From NCBI GenBank assembly GCA_017438525.1, contig JAFRVI010000004.1:15281-79280 (forward strand): DNA of 64,000 bases, written 5' to 3'. The stretch is from Clostridia bacterium (GTDB lineage: Bacteria; Bacillota; Clostridia; Oscillospirales; RGIG8002). Under the pieces are notes generated by a model. That model had not been told where the DNA came from. It searched no databases and was given only the letters and a program-made list of their open reading frames with translations. This document shows, piece by piece, positions 8,934 to 19,473 of the stretch (positions are counted from its first letter, which is position 1; every line of letters starts with the position of its first letter). A program made the position numbers and the translations under genes.

Positions 8934-9488
8934 ATGAAAGGCACTTATCCGGAAATTGAAGCAAAAATGCAGAAGACCCTTTCCGCACTTGAAACCGAAT
9001 TCGGCACTATCCGTGCCGGCAGAGCGAACCCTGCCGTTCTCGATAAGATCAGGGTGGATTATTACGGAACGCCCACTCCCATCAATCAGATGGCTGCGGT
9101 TTCAGTACCGGAACCCCGTGTTCTCATGATCGCTCCTTGGGACGCATCTCAGATTAAAGCGATCGAGAAGGCCATACTGACTTCCGAGCTGGGCATAAAT
9201 CCGCAGAACGACGGCAAGAGCATTCGCCTCGTTATTCCTCCTCTGACCGAGGAACGCCGCAGGGAGATCGTCAAGACGCTCCACAAGTACGCCGAAGAAG
9301 CGAAGGTCTCTGTCAGAAATATTCGCCGCGACGCTATCGAAGAATTCAAGAAGCAGCAGAAGGCGAGCGAGATGACCGAGGACGATTATAAAATCTGCGA
9401 AAAGGATATCCAGGAGCTTACCGATTCCTATTCCGATAAGATCACGAAAGTCCTTGATGTCAAGGAAAAAGAGATATTAGAGGTCTGA
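8934..9488 (+). CDS. frr: Ribosome recycling factor
   Basis: IRAGRANPAVLD, NPQNDGKSIRLVIPPLTEERR; start likely ATG 8934. Confidence 0.98.
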   Translation: MKGTYPEIEAKMQKTLSALETEFGTIRAGRANPAVLDKIRVDYYGTPTPINQMAAVSVPEPRVLMIAPWDASQIKAIEKAILTSELGINPQNDGKSIRLVIPPLTEERRREIVKTLHKYAEEAKVSVRNIRRDAIEEFKKQQKASEMTEDDYKICEKDIQELTDSYSDKITKVLDVKEKEILEV

Positions 9489-9489
9489 G

Positions 9490-10215
9490 TTGAGTAAAAA
9501 GCAAGAGCTTCCGACAGCCGTTCCTGTGTCCGTGGGGATCATTATGGACGGTAACGGCCGCTGGGCAAAAAAACGAGGTCTGCCGAGAACCCTCGGACAC
9601 AGAAAAGGTGCCGGGGTTTTTCGTGATACGGTTTTGCGCTGCAAGAAGCTCGGCGTCAAATACGTTACCGTATACGCTTTTTCAACGGAGAATTGGAAGC
9701 GTTCGCAGGAAGAGATAGATTCTATTGTCGATATCCTGCGCGAATACCTTAAGAAAGCGTTTAATGAGTTCAAGGACGAGAACGTTGCGATAAGATTTAT
9801 CGGAGACGTTTCGCCGTTCCCGCAGGACGTTATAGATGAGATACGGCGATTGGAAGCTGACAGCGCCTACAACAACGGTATGGCGCTGAACGTCGCGCTG
9901 AACTACGGCGGTCGCGCTGAGATCGTTCACGCTTTCAAAGAAATGCTTTCCGATATTGAAACGGGTAAGCTTGTGAAAGAGGATATAAGCGAAGAAACCG
10001 TCGAGAATTATCTATATACCGCAGGACAGCCGTCGCCGGATCTTATCATCCGTCCGAGCGGGGAACAGCGGCTCTCGAATTTTATGCTTTGGCAGGCGGC
10101 GTATTCGGAGTTCTGGTTTGACAAGGTGCTTTGGCCTGACTTTGATGAAAAAGATCTGCTGCGCGCTTTTAACGACTTTGCGGAAAGAGACCGCAGATAC
10201 GGGGGCAGAAAATGA
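9490..10215 (+). CDS. uppS: Undecaprenyl diphosphate synthase
   Basis: IIMDGNGRWAKKRGLPR, YAFSTENWKRS, IIRPSGEQRLSNFMLWQ; TTG start. Confidence 0.97.
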   Translation: MSKKQELPTAVPVSVGIIMDGNGRWAKKRGLPRTLGHRKGAGVFRDTVLRCKKLGVKYVTVYAFSTENWKRSQEEIDSIVDILREYLKKAFNEFKDENVAIRFIGDVSPFPQDVIDEIRRLEADSAYNNGMALNVALNYGGRAEIVHAFKEMLSDIETGKLVKEDISEETVENYLYTAGQPSPDLIIRPSGEQRLSNFMLWQAAYSEFWFDKVLWPDFDEKDLLRAFNDFAERDRRYGGRK

Positions 10216-11072
10216 AGCAGAGGATAATTACCGCCTCAATACTTATACTACTTGCCGCGCCGATCTTAATTTGGTCGGATACGATCGTTCTCAATATTGC
10301 GATAGCTCTTATTTCCGCCGTCGGAATATACGAGCTTCTTTCTGCAACAAAGTACGTTCAGGATCACACGCTGACGGTGCTGAGTATTATCTACGCGGCT
10401 GCAATACCGTTTTTGTATCTCTTCCCGGGCGAAATGAGGATAGGGGTATTCATCGGGCTTGCTTTCGTATTCGTTGTATCGCTGTTTATGCTTCTCGTAT
10501 TCAAGAACAAGAAGTACAGACTTGAACACATATCCGTCGCATTTTTGATGGCGACTATCATTCCGGTATTCCTTTCATCACTTATCGTTCTGCGCAGGAT
10601 GCCCGAGACGATGGTCGTTGACGCGCGCATGAATTTTGTGTTTATGCTGCTTCCGATCGTTTGCGTTATACTTACCGATACTTTCGCGCTGTTTACTGGT
10701 ATGCTGATCGGCAGGCACAAGCTTGCTCCGTCAGTCAGCCCGAAAAAAACCGTCGAAGGCGCGATAGGCGGAGCCGTTTTCGGCGTGCTTACGTTTATAG
10801 CGGCCGGCGTTATTTCGGAGAAGGTCATAGGCGTTGACGTCAATCTTCCTTTGTTTGCCGCGGCCGGACTTCTTACGAGCGTGATAGGGCAGTTCGGAGA
10901 TTTGTTCATGTCGGTTATAAAGAGGCACTGCGATCTGAAGGATTTCGGAAGTCTTATGCCCGGTCACGGAGGCATCCTCGACAGATTCGACAGTTTGATT
11001 TTTGCGGCGCCGACCTTCCTTTTATTTGTTTACGGACTCGATTATATCGGTGTACATATGATAATTCATTGA
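10212..11072 (+). CDS. cdsA: Phosphatidate cytidylyltransferase
   Basis: SPKKTVEGAIGG, GDLFMSVIKRHCDLKDFGSLMPGHGGILDRFDS. Confidence 0.97.
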   Translation: MKQRIITASILILLAAPILIWSDTIVLNIAIALISAVGIYELLSATKYVQDHTLTVLSIIYAAAIPFLYLFPGEMRIGVFIGLAFVFVVSLFMLLVFKNKKYRLEHISVAFLMATIIPVFLSSLIVLRRMPETMVVDARMNFVFMLLPIVCVILTDTFALFTGMLIGRHKLAPSVSPKKTVEGAIGGAVFGVLTFIAAGVISEKVIGVDVNLPLFAAAGLLTSVIGQFGDLFMSVIKRHCDLKDFGSLMPGHGGILDRFDSLIFAAPTFLLFVYGLDYIGVHMIIH

Positions 11073-11086
11073 GCGGAGCATAAAAT

Positions 11087-12244
11087 ATGAATGACAATTC
11101 AGTAGCCGTTCTCGGCTCGACCGGTTCGATCGGAATACAGACGCTTGACGTGATACGCTCGCTGGGCATGCGTATCACGCTTTTGTCAGCAAAAACCAGC
11201 GTTGAGCTGCTGGAGAAGCAGATCAGAGAATTCGCGCCCGCCGCCGCCGTAATGACGGATCCGGCGGCGGCCGAAGAATTGAAGATCCGCGTTGCCGATA
11301 CGGAAACGCGGGTATATTGCGGCGAAGAAGCGCTTTCCTCGTGCATATCGGAATGCGACGCTTCGACCGTTGTGAACGCCGTTGTCGGCTTCGCCGGTCT
11401 GAAGCCCACCGTCGCCGCGATAAAAGCCGGCAAACGCCTCGCGCTCGCCAACAAAGAAAGTCTTGTCGCCGGAGGCGAATACGTTATCCCTCTCGCAAAG
11501 AAGTACGGCGTCGAGATATTCCCGATCGACAGTGAGCACAGCGCGATCTTTCAGTGTATGCTCGCTTCGTCAAATCACGACGCTGAGGTCGACAAGATAA
11601 TTCTTACCGGTTCCGGCGGACCATTCAGAGGAATGAAAGAATTCGAGCTGCGCGGCGTTACTCCCGAGCAGGCCGTCAAGCATCCGAACTGGAACATGGG
11701 GCAGAAGATATCCGTCGATTCCGCGACGCTGATGAATAAAGGGCTTGAGGTCATCGAAGCCGTTCGTCTGTTTGGCGTTCCGACTGAAAAAATCGAAGTT
11801 GTCATCCATAAAGAAAGCATCATTCACTCGATGGTGCGTTTCAGAGACGGGGCTGTCATAGCGCAGATGTCGTATCCGGATATGCGGCTGCCGATAAGCT
11901 ATGCGCTGACGTATCCGAGCAGGGAATATGCCGATTATAAGCCGGTGGATTTCGCCTTGCTCGGCAGTCTCAATTTCGAGGAACCCGACGTCGCGACGTT
12001 CAAATGCCTCGACTACGCTTACACCGCGCTCGAAATGGGCGGTAACGCGACCGCGGTCCTCAACGGCGCTAACGAAGTCGCCGTCGAGCGCTTTTTGAAG
12101 CGCGAGATCGGTTTTTGCGACATACCGCGCTGCGTGGAAACGGCCTTGCTCGGCGCCGCTCCTACCGATAACGACCTCGACGGTATCATTGACGCCGATA
12201 TGCAGGGCAGAAGGATTGCGTCGGCGGTAAAGAGAACCTGGTGA
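11087..12244 (+). CDS. dxr: 1-deoxy-D-xylulose 5-phosphate reductoisomerase
   Basis: LGSTGSIG, LANKESLV, PIDSEHSA, HPNWNMGQKISVDSATLMNKGLE. Confidence 0.98.
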   Translation: MNDNSVAVLGSTGSIGIQTLDVIRSLGMRITLLSAKTSVELLEKQIREFAPAAAVMTDPAAAEELKIRVADTETRVYCGEEALSSCISECDASTVVNAVVGFAGLKPTVAAIKAGKRLALANKESLVAGGEYVIPLAKKYGVEIFPIDSEHSAIFQCMLASSNHDAEVDKIILTGSGGPFRGMKEFELRGVTPEQAVKHPNWNMGQKISVDSATLMNKGLEVIEAVRLFGVPTEKIEVVIHKESIIHSMVRFRDGAVIAQMSYPDMRLPISYALTYPSREYADYKPVDFALLGSLNFEEPDVATFKCLDYAYTALEMGGNATAVLNGANEVAVERFLKREIGFCDIPRCVETALLGAAPTDNDLDGIIDADMQGRRIASAVKRTW

Positions 12245-12248
12245 TAAT

Positions 12249-13298
12249 ATGAATACTTTCCTCGGCATTCTTATATCTATAATCGCCTTTGCCGTAATGA
12301 TCTTCATTCACGAATTCGGACACTTCATAACCGCGAAGCTGTTCAAGGTGAAGGTCAACAAGTTCGCGCTCGGTATGGGACCCGCGCTTTTCAAATTCGG
12401 CAAGGGCGAAACCGAATACTCGCTCCGTTTGTTCCCGATCGGCGGCTACTGCGCCATGGAGGGCGAGGACGGGGAGAGCGCGGAACCCCGCGCGTTCGTC
12501 AATCAGCGTCCTTGGAAGCGTCTTATCATTCTCGCCGCAGGCGCGACGATGAATATACTGCTCGGCTTGCTGATAATGTCGATTCTCGTCTGTCAGATGC
12601 CGCTTTTGGGCACACGTATCATCGCCAACGTTCCGAAAGCGAACGAGGGCGTTCAGAGCGCGATTCAGGTAGGCGACGAGATAATTAAAGTCAATGACAG
12701 ACGGGTATATATCCCGCGCGACCTCGATTACGTACTCGCTCTTGACGACGACGGAAAGGCAGATTTCATCATCGTCAGAGACGGAGTCGAGAAAGAGCTT
12801 AAAGACGTAGAGCTTTACGTTTACACGGATGAGAAATCCGGCTCCAAAGGGACGTATTTCGAATACGGACCGGACGCGTATCAGTTTTTAGGTAAAGAAA
12901 AGACGTTTTTCGGCGTTATCGGATACAGCATATCCGAGACCGTTTCAACGGTAAGACTTGTTTTATATTCGTTTGCCAGTCTTATAACGGGCAAGATACC
13001 CGTCCGTTCGCTCGGCGGACCTGTTGCGGTCACCGAAACGGTGGTGAAAACTGTTTCAAGCGGCTGGAAGACGGTGCTCAACCTTATCGGTATGATCAGC
13101 ATAAACCTCGGCGTATTCAATCTCCTGCCGCTGCCGGCGCTTGACGGAGGCAGAATACTCTTTACGCTGATCGAGATAATTTTCAGCAAGCCCGTCAGCC
13201 GCAAGGTCGAGGGCATTATTCACACAGCAGGATTTGTGCTGCTCATAGGTCTTATGATACTTGTGTTTGCGAAGGATATCTTCTCGTTATTCGTTTGA
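12249..13298 (+). CDS. rseP: RIP metalloprotease (site-2 protease)
   Basis: HEFGH zinc motif, PDZ region, NLLPLPALDGG. Confidence 0.96.
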   Translation: MNTFLGILISIIAFAVMIFIHEFGHFITAKLFKVKVNKFALGMGPALFKFGKGETEYSLRLFPIGGYCAMEGEDGESAEPRAFVNQRPWKRLIILAAGATMNILLGLLIMSILVCQMPLLGTRIIANVPKANEGVQSAIQVGDEIIKVNDRRVYIPRDLDYVLALDDDGKADFIIVRDGVEKELKDVELYVYTDEKSGSKGTYFEYGPDAYQFLGKEKTFFGVIGYSISETVSTVRLVLYSFASLITGKIPVRSLGGPVAVTETVVKTVSSGWKTVLNLIGMISINLGVFNLLPLPALDGGRILFTLIEIIFSKPVSRKVEGIIHTAGFVLLIGLMILVFAKDIFSLFV

Positions 13299-13306
13299 GG
13301 TGTCAG

Positions 13307-14356
13307 ATGACGCGCATTGTTAAGGTAGGGAATATCTATATCGGCGGCGGCGCTCCCGTTTCCGTTCAGACGATGCTTGACGCTCCGTCATACGACGTTG
13401 AAGGCAACGTCGCGCAGGCGCTTGCGGTTCAGGCCGCAGGCGCTGATGTTCTGCGTCTTGCGGTTCCGGATGCGGACGCGCTCAAAGCGCTTGAAGCGGT
13501 CAAAAAAGCGGTCCCGATACCCGTTGTCGCCGATATACACTTCGATTATAAACTCGCTGTCGCTTCCGTGGATTCGGGAGCCGATAAAATCAGGATCAAC
13601 CCCGGGAATATCGGCGGCTCGGAAAAGGTGCGGGCGGTAATAGAAAAGTGTGCCGCCAATAATGTTGCCGTCAGAGTCGGCGTTAATTCCGGCTCGCTTG
13701 AAAAAGAACTGCTTGAGAAGTACGGCGCCGCGACTCCGGAGGCGCTTTGCGAGAGCGCGCTGAACGCCGTCAGACTTCTCGAAGAACTGAACTTTTTCAA
13801 CACCGTCGTTTCGATAAAGACTTCGTCGGTAACAGATACCGTAAAGGCGTACCGCTTGTTTTCTTCAGCGTCGGATTATCCGCTTCATATCGGCGTTACG
13901 GAGGCGGGCACCGAATGGACCGGCGCGATCCGCAGTGCCGCCGCGCTCGGATCGCTTCTGCTCGACGGGATAGGGGACACGCTTCGCGTTTCACTGACCG
14001 CTTCGCCCGTCAAAGAGGTCGAGGCCGGAATAGAGATACTCAAGGCGTGCGGACTTCGCCGCGGAGCGCAGGTAGTTTCCTGTCCGACCTGCGGCAGAAC
14101 GCGCATTGACGTCAAGACGCTTGCCGCGAGAGTCGAATCCATGCTTTCCGGATGCAAAAAGCCGATCAAAGTCGCGGTGATGGGCTGTGTCGTCAACGGC
14201 CCCGGCGAAGCGCGTGACGCGGATTTCGGCATAACCGGCGGCAACGGAGTCGGACTTGTTTTCAAAAAGGGCGAGGTAGTTGAAAAGGTAAAAGAATCCG
14301 AGCTTCTGTCTACTCTGGAAAAATACGTAAAGGAATACGAATCAAAAGATGAGTGA
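13307..14356 (+). CDS. ispG: 4-hydroxy-3-methylbut-2-enyl diphosphate synthase
   Basis: ADIHFDY, RINPGNIG, RVGVNSGS, CPTCGR, MGCVVNGPGEA; start ATG 13307 after GAGGTG. Confidence 0.97.
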   Translation: MTRIVKVGNIYIGGGAPVSVQTMLDAPSYDVEGNVAQALAVQAAGADVLRLAVPDADALKALEAVKKAVPIPVVADIHFDYKLAVASVDSGADKIRINPGNIGGSEKVRAVIEKCAANNVAVRVGVNSGSLEKELLEKYGAATPEALCESALNAVRLLEELNFFNTVVSIKTSSVTDTVKAYRLFSSASDYPLHIGVTEAGTEWTGAIRSAAALGSLLLDGIGDTLRVSLTASPVKEVEAGIEILKACGLRRGAQVVSCPTCGRTRIDVKTLAARVESMLSGCKKPIKVAVMGCVVNGPGEARDADFGITGGNGVGLVFKKGEVVEKVKESELLSTLEKYVKEYESKDE

Positions 14357-17300
14357 TAAAAGATACAAGTTTACAGACGTGTTTCAAAAAGTCGCCGTTC
14401 CCGACGAGATCGGCGCTTTAACCATAAAGAACGCTTTTCTCGAGAGGGAGAGTAACGTTCTTTATCTTAATTTACTCGAATATTTGAGCGAGGAAAGGAA
14501 GAGTGAAATTTCATCGCTGCTCACTTCGCAATTCGCTTTCAATGGCGTTGTCGTCGACTGCGCAGAGAGCGAGCCAGAAACCGAGCCCGATCCTGCCGCC
14601 GAGCCGCAGCCGACTCCGGAACACGTTGACGATACCGTTGCGGAAACGAAAGCCGATGCCGCTGCCGAAATCCCGGAAGTTCAGACTGCCGCAGAAGAGA
14701 ATACGGATATATTTACTTTTGCCGACGTACTGAACAGGGTGACGTCGAAGAGCCCGCCTGCCGCATCGCTGCTTGCCGGATGCAAATACACCGTCAGCGG
14801 CAGTACCATAACCATAACGCTGACTAAAGGAGGCAAATCCTATCTCGACGCCAGAGGAGTCACGGCGTATCTCGAGAAGCAGATGCGCGCGGCCTGCGAT
14901 AAGCCGTATACAATCGTATATGACGGAACAATCGTCGTCGACAACACCGATAATGATGAGGAAATACTTGCGTTGTCAACCGAATTGTCAACCGAAGCAA
15001 ACGTAAAAAGAGAGCGTGTTCTGCTTGGGGATAAGATAACGAAAGCAACCGTTCAGATGGCTTCGATAAGCGAGGACACGGGAAAAGTCTGCGTAGAGGG
15101 TGATATTTTCAAAATCGACACGCGCGAAACGCGTGACGGATCAAAGCTTCGCGCGACGATCTTTATAACAGATTACACCGCGTCCGTCGCCTTAAAGCTT
15201 GAGGATTATACGGACAAGCTCGGCAGAGTAATGGAAAAGCTTTCCGAGGGAACCCGCATCCGCGTGCGCGGCATAATGCGTTACGACAGGTTCTTCGGCG
15301 ATATGTGCCTTTTTGCCGACGACATAATGACCGTTCCGAAACAGACTGTGCCGGACACCGCGGAGGAAAAACGCGTCGAGCTTCATCTTCACACGAATAT
15401 GTCCTCGATGGACGGAGTGAATGATATTGCGGATTACGTTAAACGCGCTTCCGAGTGGGGACATAAAGCGATCGCCGTTACGGATCACGGGGTCGTGCAG
15501 TCGTATCCGGCCGCCGCTGCCGCTTCAAAGAAATACGGAGTGAAAATGCTCTACGGCGTTGAGGACTATTTCATTAACGACGTCGTGAAAGCGTTTGCCG
15601 GAGATGCCGATGTGTCTCTTGACGGCGAATTCACTGTATTTGATATCGAAACGACCGGCACGACGCTTTCCACGGACAGAATAACCGAGATAGCCGCCGT
15701 AAAGTTCCGCGGCGGAGAGGTCGAAGAAGAGTTCCAGACGTTCTGTAATCCCGAAAAGCCCATCAGCGAAAAGATACAGGGCATAACCGGAATAACTAAC
15801 GAGATGGTCGCGGACGCTCCCAAAGAAGGCGAGGCGGTGCGTATGTTCCTCGACTTCTGCGGAGACAGCGTGCTTGTCGCGCACAACGCCGCGTTTGATA
15901 CGAGCTTTATCGCCGCCGCCTGCGGGCGCAGCGGTATGCCTTACGCTTATTCTCACGTCGATACTATCCCGCTTTGCCGCAAGTATTATCCGCAGCTGAA
16001 GAATATGAAGCTCGACACCGTCGCGCGTTTGCTCGGCTACGGCGATTTCCGTCATCACAGGGCTCTCGACGATACGAAGGTTCTGGCCGCGATCTTCCGC
16101 GACCTTGTCGAGAAGCTAAAAGCGGACGGGGTTTCCGACACCTCCGGTCTGAACGGCGCGCTTGACGGCATGAACACAAACTCGATGCACCGTTTCCACC
16201 AGGTGCTTCTGGTTAAGAACAAGACGGGGCTCAAAAACCTTTATAAGCTCATTTCTAAAGCGCATATAGACAACTTCTATTATCAGCCCAGAATCAAAAA
16301 GAGCGATCTTAACGCCCTGCGCGAAGGCCTCATCGTCGGCAGCGCGTGCGTGGAGGGCGAGCTGTATCGCGCCGTTCTCGAGGCGCGCAGCGAAGAAGAG
16401 ATAAGAGAGATCGCCGATTACTACGACTATTTCGAGATCCAGCCGGTCGCTAATAACGAATTTCTTATAAACGACGACGATATCACCTCTGTCAACAGCA
16501 AGGATGATATCAGAGCGATAAATAAAAAGATCGTAGAGCTCGGCGAAAAGCTCGGCAAGCCGGTCGTCGCAACCGGTGACGTGCATTTCCTTACCCCCCG
16601 CGACAGCATCTTCCGCGAGGTGCTTATGGATGCGGTCGGCTTCCAATCGGGAGAAACCGAAAGCGAACTGTATTTCCGTTCGACAGACAATATGCTCCGC
16701 GAGTTCTCATATCTCGGCGAAGAGAAGGCATACGAAGTCGTCGTGACGAACACGAATAAGATAGCGGATATGATCGAAGATATCATTCCGGTGCCGGACG
16801 GGACCTTCACGCCATCTATCGAAGGTGCGGAATCGAGCTTCCGTGACAATACATATGCAAGGGCGCACGAGATCTACGGCGATCCGCTGCCCGAAATCGT
16901 AGAAAACCGCCTTGCGAAAGAGGTAAACTCGGTTATCAATAACGGTTTCTCGGTCATGTACGAATCCGCGCGCCGAATCGTTATGTTCTCCGAAGAAAAC
17001 GGCTATATTGTCGGTTCCCGCGGATCCGTCGGCTCTTCCTTCGCCGCTACTATGGCGGGCATTACGGAAATCAACCCGCTTCCGCCGCATTACGTCTGCA
17101 GGAAGTGCAAGCATTCCGAATTCATTACCGACGGAAGTGTTAAATCCGGTTTCGAGCTTGACGGGAAACCGTGCCCGGTCTGCGGCGAGATGATGATCGG
17201 AGACGGCCACGATATTCCGTTTGAAACCTTCCTCGGCTTCCACGGAGAGAAAGCGCCGGATATCGACCTTAACATTTCCGGCGAATTCCAGTCTACCGTT

Positions 17301-18692
17301 CACAAATACGTCGATTCGCTCTTCGGTGCCGAATACTGTTTCAAGGCCGGCACGATTTCGGTCATACAGGACAGGACCGCGTTCGGCTTCGTCAAAAAGT
17401 ACCTCGAAAAACGCGGAAAGCTCGTCAGCAACGCCGAGATCGAGCGTCTCGTTACGGGAGTCACCGGCGTCAAGCGCACGACGGGGCAGCATCCCGGCGG
17501 CATCGTCGTCGTGCCTAAGGGCTACGAGATATATGATTTCACGCCGGTCCAGCGTCCCGCGGATAAATCCGACTCCGACATAATAACCACGCATTTCGAC
17601 TTCAACTCGATGCACGATACGCTGCTGAAGCTCGACCTTCTCGGCCACGACGTGCCGACGCTCGCGAAGCATCTGACCGATATGACGGATACGCCCTTCA
17701 CGAGCGTTCCGCTGAATGACAATAAGGTCATGTCGCTGTTTACTTCACCGGAGGCGCTCGGAGTTGACGCAAAGCAGATCAACTGCGAGACGGGGACTCT
17801 CGGACTTCCCGAAATGGGCACGGAGTTCGTGCGGCAGATGCTAGTGGAGGCGCAGCCGAAGAAGTTCTCCGACCTGCTCCAGATCTCCGGCCTTTCGCAC
17901 GGCACGGACGTCTGGCTCGGCAACGCGCAGGACCTCATTAAAAACAATGTCTGCACGATCTCCGAGGTCATAGGCACCAGAGACGATATAATGGTCTATC
18001 TGATGCACAAAGGACTGCCGTCCGATCAGGCGTTCTCGATCATGGAAAAGGTCAGAAAGAAAAATAAGACTCTTTCCGAAGACGACGAGAAGCTTATGAA
18101 GAGCAACGGCGTGCCGGACTGGTACCTCGACAGCTGCAAAAAGATCAAGTATATGTTCCCGAAGGCGCACGCCGCCGCTTACGTTATGAGCGCGATACGC
18201 CTCGGGTGGTACAAGGTCTACCGTCCGCGCGAGTTCTACGCGGCGCTGTTCACCGTCCGTCCGGACGGCTTCGACGCCGAAACGATGTCCGGCGGCCTGA
18301 GCGGAATTAAGAGCAAGCGCGCGGCGCTGCTCGCGAAGCTGCAGGAAAGCGGGACAAAAATGTCGGCGAACGATAAGAACGCGCTTAACGTAATGGATCT
18401 CTCGATCGAGATGTATTCGCGCGGCATCAGCTTCCTGCCGGTCGATATATATAAATCCGATCCGTTCCGCTTCGTCGTGGAAGGCGACGGCATAAGGATG
18501 CCGTTCATCGCCGTCGCGGGACTCGGCGACTCCGTCGCCACCGCGCTCGCCGAAGCGCGGAAGGAATCCCGCTTCTCAACGCAGGAGGATATAAAAAACG
18601 TCAGCGGCGTTTCCAAATCCATCGTCGAGGCGATGGATCACCTCGGAGCGTTCGCGGGAATCCCAAAGAGCAGCCAGCTGACGTTCTTCTGA
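14349..18692 (+). CDS. polC: DNA polymerase III alpha subunit, PolC type
   Basis: OB fold, PHP (HLHTNMSSMDG, AVTDHG), exonuclease (FDIETTG), zinc finger CRKC/CPVC, PDIDLN, YMFPKAHA. Confidence 0.99.
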   Translation: MSDKRYKFTDVFQKVAVPDEIGALTIKNAFLERESNVLYLNLLEYLSEERKSEISSLLTSQFAFNGVVVDCAESEPETEPDPAAEPQPTPEHVDDTVAETKADAAAEIPEVQTAAEENTDIFTFADVLNRVTSKSPPAASLLAGCKYTVSGSTITITLTKGGKSYLDARGVTAYLEKQMRAACDKPYTIVYDGTIVVDNTDNDEEILALSTELSTEANVKRERVLLGDKITKATVQMASISEDTGKVCVEGDIFKIDTRETRDGSKLRATIFITDYTASVALKLEDYTDKLGRVMEKLSEGTRIRVRGIMRYDRFFGDMCLFADDIMTVPKQTVPDTAEEKRVELHLHTNMSSMDGVNDIADYVKRASEWGHKAIAVTDHGVVQSYPAAAAASKKYGVKMLYGVEDYFINDVVKAFAGDADVSLDGEFTVFDIETTGTTLSTDRITEIAAVKFRGGEVEEEFQTFCNPEKPISEKIQGITGITNEMVADAPKEGEAVRMFLDFCGDSVLVAHNAAFDTSFIAAACGRSGMPYAYSHVDTIPLCRKYYPQLKNMKLDTVARLLGYGDFRHHRALDDTKVLAAIFRDLVEKLKADGVSDTSGLNGALDGMNTNSMHRFHQVLLVKNKTGLKNLYKLISKAHIDNFYYQPRIKKSDLNALREGLIVGSACVEGELYRAVLEARSEEEIREIADYYDYFEIQPVANNEFLINDDDITSVNSKDDIRAINKKIVELGEKLGKPVVATGDVHFLTPRDSIFREVLMDAVGFQSGETESELYFRSTDNMLREFSYLGEEKAYEVVVTNTNKIADMIEDIIPVPDGTFTPSIEGAESSFRDNTYARAHEIYGDPLPEIVENRLAKEVNSVINNGFSVMYESARRIVMFSEENGYIVGSRGSVGSSFAATMAGITEINPLPPHYVCRKCKHSEFITDGSVKSGFELDGKPCPVCGEMMIGDGHDIPFETFLGFHGEKAPDIDLNISGEFQSTVHKYVDSLFGAEYCFKAGTISVIQDRTAFGFVKKYLEKRGKLVSNAEIERLVTGVTGVKRTTGQHPGGIVVVPKGYEIYDFTPVQRPADKSDSDIITTHFDFNSMHDTLLKLDLLGHDVPTLAKHLTDMTDTPFTSVPLNDNKVMSLFTSPEALGVDAKQINCETGTLGLPEMGTEFVRQMLVEAQPKKFSDLLQISGLSHGTDVWLGNAQDLIKNNVCTISEVIGTRDDIMVYLMHKGLPSDQAFSIMEKVRKKNKTLSEDDEKLMKSNGVPDWYLDSCKKIKYMFPKAHAAAYVMSAIRLGWYKVYRPREFYAALFTVRPDGFDAETMSGGLSGIKSKRAALLAKLQESGTKMSANDKNALNVMDLSIEMYSRGISFLPVDIYKSDPFRFVVEGDGIRMPFIAVAGLGDSVATALAEARKESRFSTQEDIKNVSGVSKSIVEAMDHLGAFAGIPKSSQLTFF

Positions 18693-18707
18693 TAAAAGCA
18701 TATGTTC

Positions 18708-18738
18708 GAAAGCGCCGTAAACCCGGCGCTTTCTTTTT
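18708..18738 (+). terminator. Intrinsic terminator after polC
   Basis: GAAAGCGCCG-TAAACC-CGGCGCTTTC followed by TTTTT. Confidence 0.85.
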
Positions 18739-18751
18739 AGGAAGTTTATAT

Positions 18752-18785
18752 AAAAGCATCCGTCCTTGCAAGGACGGATGCTTTT
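18752..18785. terminator. Terminator of the cobalamin/ECF operon (34-bp perfect palindrome)
   Basis: AAAAGCATCCGTCCTTGCAAGGACGGATGCTTTT equals its own reverse complement; 13 nt past S-component stop. Confidence 0.85.
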
Positions 18786-18798
18786 TAATGCAGTTAAT

Positions 18799-19473
18799 TC
18801 AAATTCCGTATTTGATCTTCAATCGCTCTATCTTTTTGCCTATCGGTTTCGCGAGGAGCAGCAGGAAGATGACGTTCGAGATCGCGTAAATTATCGTGAA
18901 CGGCAGGGAAGTGCCGATCTTCGTCACGTATACGGCAAGGTTGAATTCGTTCGTGTACCACATCGCCGTTTGAATATCCATTATCAGTGAGAATATCACT
19001 CCAGCCAGCGCGCCGTAAACGCAGGTAATTATCAGATTCCTGCGAAGCAGAGGGGCGAGCAGACCGGCGAAGAGCCCGACGAGTCCCGACGCGAGCATCT
19101 GATACGGCGTCCACGGGCCCTGCCCGAAGTAGAAGTTCGATATCAGCGCCGTCATCGCGCCGCAGATGAAGCCGGCTTCGCCGCCGAAATACATAGACAG
19201 CAGTATTATTATCGCCGTTACCGGCTTGAACGCTGGTATGACCGCGAAAACGAGCCGTCCTACGATCGACAGCACGCACATTATCGAGATCACTATAAGC
19301 TGCCTTGCGCTGTTTTCTTTTTTCTCAAACGAAATGAAGAGCGCCGCGAGCGATATGACTACGATAACGAGCGAAAGATAGGCGTAACTCTTATCAGAAA
19401 AGACGGTTGCCGCGAGCAGTACGCTTATCGGTACGGAAAGCAGCAGTATCGCGATCGAGAGTTTTTTTCTCAT
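18799..19473 (-). CDS. ECF transporter S component, CbrT-like (cobalamin)
   Basis: Start ATG 19473 (MRKKLSIAILL) overlapping ATPase stop; PAFKPVTAIII, ALISNFYFGQGPWTPYQM motifs; riboswitch context. Confidence 0.85.
   Translation of the reverse strand: MRKKLSIAILLLSVPISVLLAATVFSDKSYAYLSLVIVVISLAALFISFEKKENSARQLIVISIMCVLSIVGRLVFAVIPAFKPVTAIIILLSMYFGGEAGFICGAMTALISNFYFGQGPWTPYQMLASGLVGLFAGLLAPLLRRNLIITCVYGALAGVIFSLIMDIQTAMWYTNEFNLAVYVTKIGTSLPFTIIYAISNVIFLLLLAKPIGKKIERLKIKYGI

Noticed and set aside
14973-14996. 12-nt direct repeat TTGTCAACCGAA x2 in polC
   Set aside because: In-frame LSTE-LSTE micro-duplication in a variable linker; no sign of regulatory function.
18752-18785. 34-bp perfect palindrome as a special element
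   Set aside because: Position and A/T tails are fully explained by a bidirectional intrinsic terminator between convergent operons.
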